Below, one piece after another: positions 60,130 to 64,000 of a DNA stretch of 64,000 nt. The position numbers were made by a program, and so were the translations under genes. The stretch covers positions 1-64,000 of the forward strand of contig NIVC01002770.1 in assembly GCA_002269645.1 (NCBI GenBank). Reading direction: 5' to 3'. The number at the start of each line of letters is the position of its first letter. The stretch's first letter is position 1. The notes below the pieces were generated by a model that saw nothing but the letters and a program-made list of their open reading frames with translations, did not search any database and had not been told where the DNA came from. Source of the DNA: Macrostomum lignano. Taxonomy: Eukaryota.

Positions 60130-60470
60130 TCTTTTTGCGACTTACGTAATCCTTTTTGCGACTTACCTAATCCTTTTGCGACTTACCTAACCCTTTTGCG
60201 ACTTACCTAACCCTTTTGCGACTTACCTAACCCTTTTGCGACTTACCTAATCTTTTTGCGACTTAGCTGATCCTTTTGCGACTTACCTGATTCTTTTTTC
60301 AACTTACCTGATCCTTTTTGGGACTTACCTAATCCTTTTTGCGACTTACCTAACCCTTTTGCGACTTACCTGATCCTTTTTGCGACTTAGTTTGCTTCTT
60401 TTGCGACTTACCTGATCCTTTTTGCAACTTACCTGATTATTTTTACAACTTAGTTTGCTTCTTTTGCGAA
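60130..60470. repeat. Minisatellite, 21-bp unit GCGACTTACCTAATCCTTTTT
   Basis: Directly visible. Confidence 0.9.
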
Positions 60471-62599
60471 TTGTTTTTCTTTTGCTTTACCATTTTCCCT
60501 GAACTGCTCTTTCTTTCGCTTTCCTCTTGCCTTTCTTGGTTCTTGTGTTCTTCTGTTTTTGGTTGACTCAATTTTGCGACTTACCCCTGGTCAGCCACGA
60601 TTTACGGTGGCCGGATTGGCCAGGTCGGCCAGCAGTTGCGCATGTATGCCAGAGAGCATTATAGTTGCTGGCAACACTGGGGGACCTCCTTGGGCAGCAC
60701 CAACCTTTTGTCCATAGCAGAATGGGTATTCGTGCCTTCCCGCTATGTCCTCCCCAGGACAGCTTTATAGCTAAGTCAAGTCAAATAAGTTGTGTCTTGT
60801 TACTCATTTGTTTAAAAAATGACAATTGTGAATTGAGGAATTCCAAAGTTTGAAAGCAAAAAATTAGTATGCTTAATAATGAAGTTACTATAAAGGTGCA
60901 GGCAAGGTTATAATAATAGAGAAATGAATTTTGTTGACGATATAGAAAGTCTTTAAAGGCCAGAGATTGCTAACCCTTTATCTATGCATTAAAACCTATA
61001 GCCAAGGCAGTTTTGTGCTAGAATAATATTCTAAGCAATAAATTTTACATTGCACAAACATTAAATTATATATGGCTTTAAGAAAAAAATTGAAAAAAAT
61101 AAGTTAGGCCTATAAAATATTATTATTAAGCCTAAAGCCAAGGGTCTAAAGTCTCTTAGGCCAACTGTAGCCTAGGCCCAACCTAAGGCCAAGGGCAAGG
61201 CTAAGCCACTAGGCTTAATAAGGCTGACTTCTAGTTCTCTATGACTATGACCATAGTATTGGAACAGGGGGGAAGCAATGGGGTCTATAAAATAAAAAGG
61301 ACTAAACTTCTAGTTCTTATGACCATAAGCGTTGGAACAGGGGGGGGGGGGGCAGTGGGATCATGGTCCAGGCCCCTTACTTTTAAAGTGGGGGGGCGGG
61401 GGTATCAATGACAATGGTACCTGCCTTGCCCCCCATTTTTTATCTACTTTTGATATATATTTTTCTCCAAAAATATTGCCATGTTAAAATTGTTAAAAAA
61501 TTACAATGTGTTATAATTTTTAATACATATAAGTATTTGCTACTTTTATATCTTATGAGAGGAGAATAAAATATGGATTGGATTGGGTCAGATTCACTGG
61601 ATTCAGGATATAAGTCATGAGATCCATATATTGCATACAATAAGCAATTATTAGGCCATAATTTATTACAAAAAATGAGTAATGTCACAGTCCGGATCAT
61701 GCTGGGTGCACGCCCGAAAAAAATGGAACGATTGGCGATTTGGCGATGCACGCCAAAAAGTTGTGAGTGCAAACCAGCCAGCCAGCCAGCTCTGAAAAAA
61801 TAATAAATAAGAGTCGTCTTCTAAAAATGAAAAAAACAATCTTAAAATTGCAACAGTTTCAAATTCAAATTCGAATTGAAACGCACAAAAATAAAATGTA
61901 TAGAGACTAAACTTATCAAAAGCTCAAAAATTTTATTTCAAAAAAATAATTTTCTTTTACTATAACATTAGCAGTAAAAAATGTATAAGCTTAAAGATTT
62001 GTTAAAATGCACTATTACGAGTTAAAAAACCGAAAGATTTAATTTACGCTAAAAAGTGAACTTATTTATATATTTTCCACTCAACACAAACTCTTCTGCG
62101 TGATTGCTTGAAGTGCATGCCAGTGTGCACGCTTTTTTGTTTGGAAGGCTATAATGCACACCCGAATTTTTTATAGTAAGTTAGGTTTCAGTTTTGTAAT
62201 AAAATCACATTGTAATGTGTCCGCGGATACTCAGAAGCAATGCAGTGGAAAGGCATTAAAAATGAATTAAAAACCATTAGCAGATATTCCCATTTTTATG
62301 ATTTTTTCGTATTAAGATATAAAATGAGTTTTTTTTTGCATTATAAGGCAAGGTTACATGTAGCTGTTGGATCGAAAATCATGCCGTCTTCATAATTTAG
62401 CCCATTCCGGCCATAAATAATAAAAAACATATTTTTAGTATCTGCATTTGCCCTTCCCTTAGATTTTTCCTTGTTTTGACGATGAAAATTTTTACTTTGC
62501 AAAATGGATCTAGCACTAGAACAATAATTGACGTAAAAGTTTTTTTAAAGTTTAAAACTATTTATAATCTATCCATGAGAACCATGAAACTAATCCATG

Positions 62600-64000
62600 A
62601 TCCGGAAATAAGCACGGTAGTGGTGACGGCAGCTAGCAAGACGCTGCCTCTAATGCAACCTGCAGCCCGTAGTCTCCCGGTCTGGGCGAATGACAAGGAG
62701 GTTCAGGAGGCGAGGCGGACAGTCGAGAGGCTGCGATGAAACAGGCGACTGACGGCCGAGGCCGAGAAAACCCTGGCGGACGCCTACGCCAGACGGCACC
62801 AAGCCGCTGTTGACGATTGCATTCGAAGCGTCACCTCTGCGGGGCTCGACCAACGGAATCGGTTTATCTGACCCACAATCAACGCCCTGACTAAGAAGAC
62901 GGCGCTGAAACCTGACCGCGATACACCAGAGAGGCGCGCAGAAACGAGCTTGCGCAACTTCTTCGCTGATATTGTCAACGCGCCGCCACCGCCTCTGCCA
63001 TAAGCAATGCCATTGCCGCTCGAGACGGACTGCTGCAGGAGAATTTCAGCACTCAGCCAGTGACCAGCAACGACGTAGTGCAGTTTGCTCGCCAGGCGCC
63101 GGGAGGTCGCGCCCCCGGACTAGACGAGGTGCCTATCGAGGCGCTACGAGTCACAAGGGTTGCCACTGAGGTGGCCCGCGTGATGAACGATCCGTCCTCT
63201 CGGGAGGTGCCGCCTCCCGCGAGTGGACAACCGCAAACATCGTCGTGATCCCAAAGAAGCCAGGCACGACACAGAAGGAGGAGCACAGCGGGAGCTCGCT
63301 CATGTCCTGCACCGCGAAGCTTTTCAACCGCGTGCTGCTAGCTCGGTTGCAGCCTGTGCTGGACCAGTTTCTGCGCCCTGAGCAGAACGTGTTCCGTCCA
63401 CATCGCGGTACGGTGACGCAGATCCTAGCCCTCCGCCGCATCATCGGGGAGGTGCGTCCATCAGTCAAGTCTCGTAGTGATTTTCATTGACTTTCTCAAG
63501 GCTTTCGACTAGCTGGTTCGCGGTGCGCTGCCTCTCGTGCTTCGCGCATACAATGTACCGGAGCAATTGATTTCCGCCATCATGGCGATGTACTAGGATA
63601 CGACCGCTTCGGTGATGACGCCAGATGGACTGTCGGACGTCGTCAGGCGTCGTCAGGTACGTCGTCAGGCGTGCTGCAGGGTGATACTCTGGCGCCTTTC
63701 TTGTTTGTGCTGGCTCTGGATTGGGTGCTGCTGAGGACCGGCCTGCCCAACACGGTTGACGGCTTCCTGCTGCGAAGACGCACGAGTCGGCGGCACCGGG
63801 AGAAGCGGCTCTCCGTTCTCGGCTACGCGGACGACCTCGCGCTGCTGTCATCGTCGGCTGAAGGCGCTCAGCGGCTGCTGGATGGCCTGACGGCAGCAGC
63901 ATCGCGAGTCGGCCTCATGCTGAACGCGCGGAAGACGGTAGTCTTCACATTTCCCGACCTGCCTGCCGAGTTCAGCTACCGAGACACTGCCGGGGAGGCA
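62600..64000 (+). mobile_element. RTE-clade non-LTR retrotransposon ORF2 (reverse transcriptase), 5'-truncated, with stops/frameshifts; runs off the window
   Basis: RAPGLDEVPIE; IPKKP; LMSCTAKLFNRVLLARL; EQNVFRPHRGT; FIDFLKAFD; GVLQGDTLAPFLFVLALDW; RRH...LGYADDLALL; GLMLNARKT. In-frame TAGs are present. Confidence 0.88.

Overview
Eukaryotic (animal) genomic DNA. GC/CpG-rich spliced genes sit among AT-rich, repeat-filled introns and intergenic blocks. The style (a minisatellite in almost every intron, splice acceptors just upstream of ATGs) resembles a free-living flatworm such as Macrostomum, but this is inference only. Hand-built gene models: UBAP1 (+, 2 exons, one apparent 1-nt frameshift); a 9-exon acetylcholinesterase-like gene (+, 667 aa, intact triad); an aminergic GPCR (-); a 4-exon 987-aa protein (-) with a Gly2 N-terminus, a possible CARD/death-fold and RI-like LRRs but no NACHT; fibrillarin (-, 2 exons); and two probable exons of a gene running off the left edge. 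Mobile DNA: decayed mariner, hAT, P/THAP, Crypton-type, Gypsy, L2/CR1-like and RTE remnants, several MITEs with readable TIRs/TSDs, two tRNA-headed SINE families and about 22 unrelated tandem arrays. Most notable: the CARD-like/LRR protein; a cholinesterase naturally carrying Ser at both oxyanion-hole positions linked to insecticide resistance; multi-kb CpG-stripped domains over old transposons; and a private minisatellite in nearly every intron. All coordinates, splice models and family calls were read by eye with no database searches.
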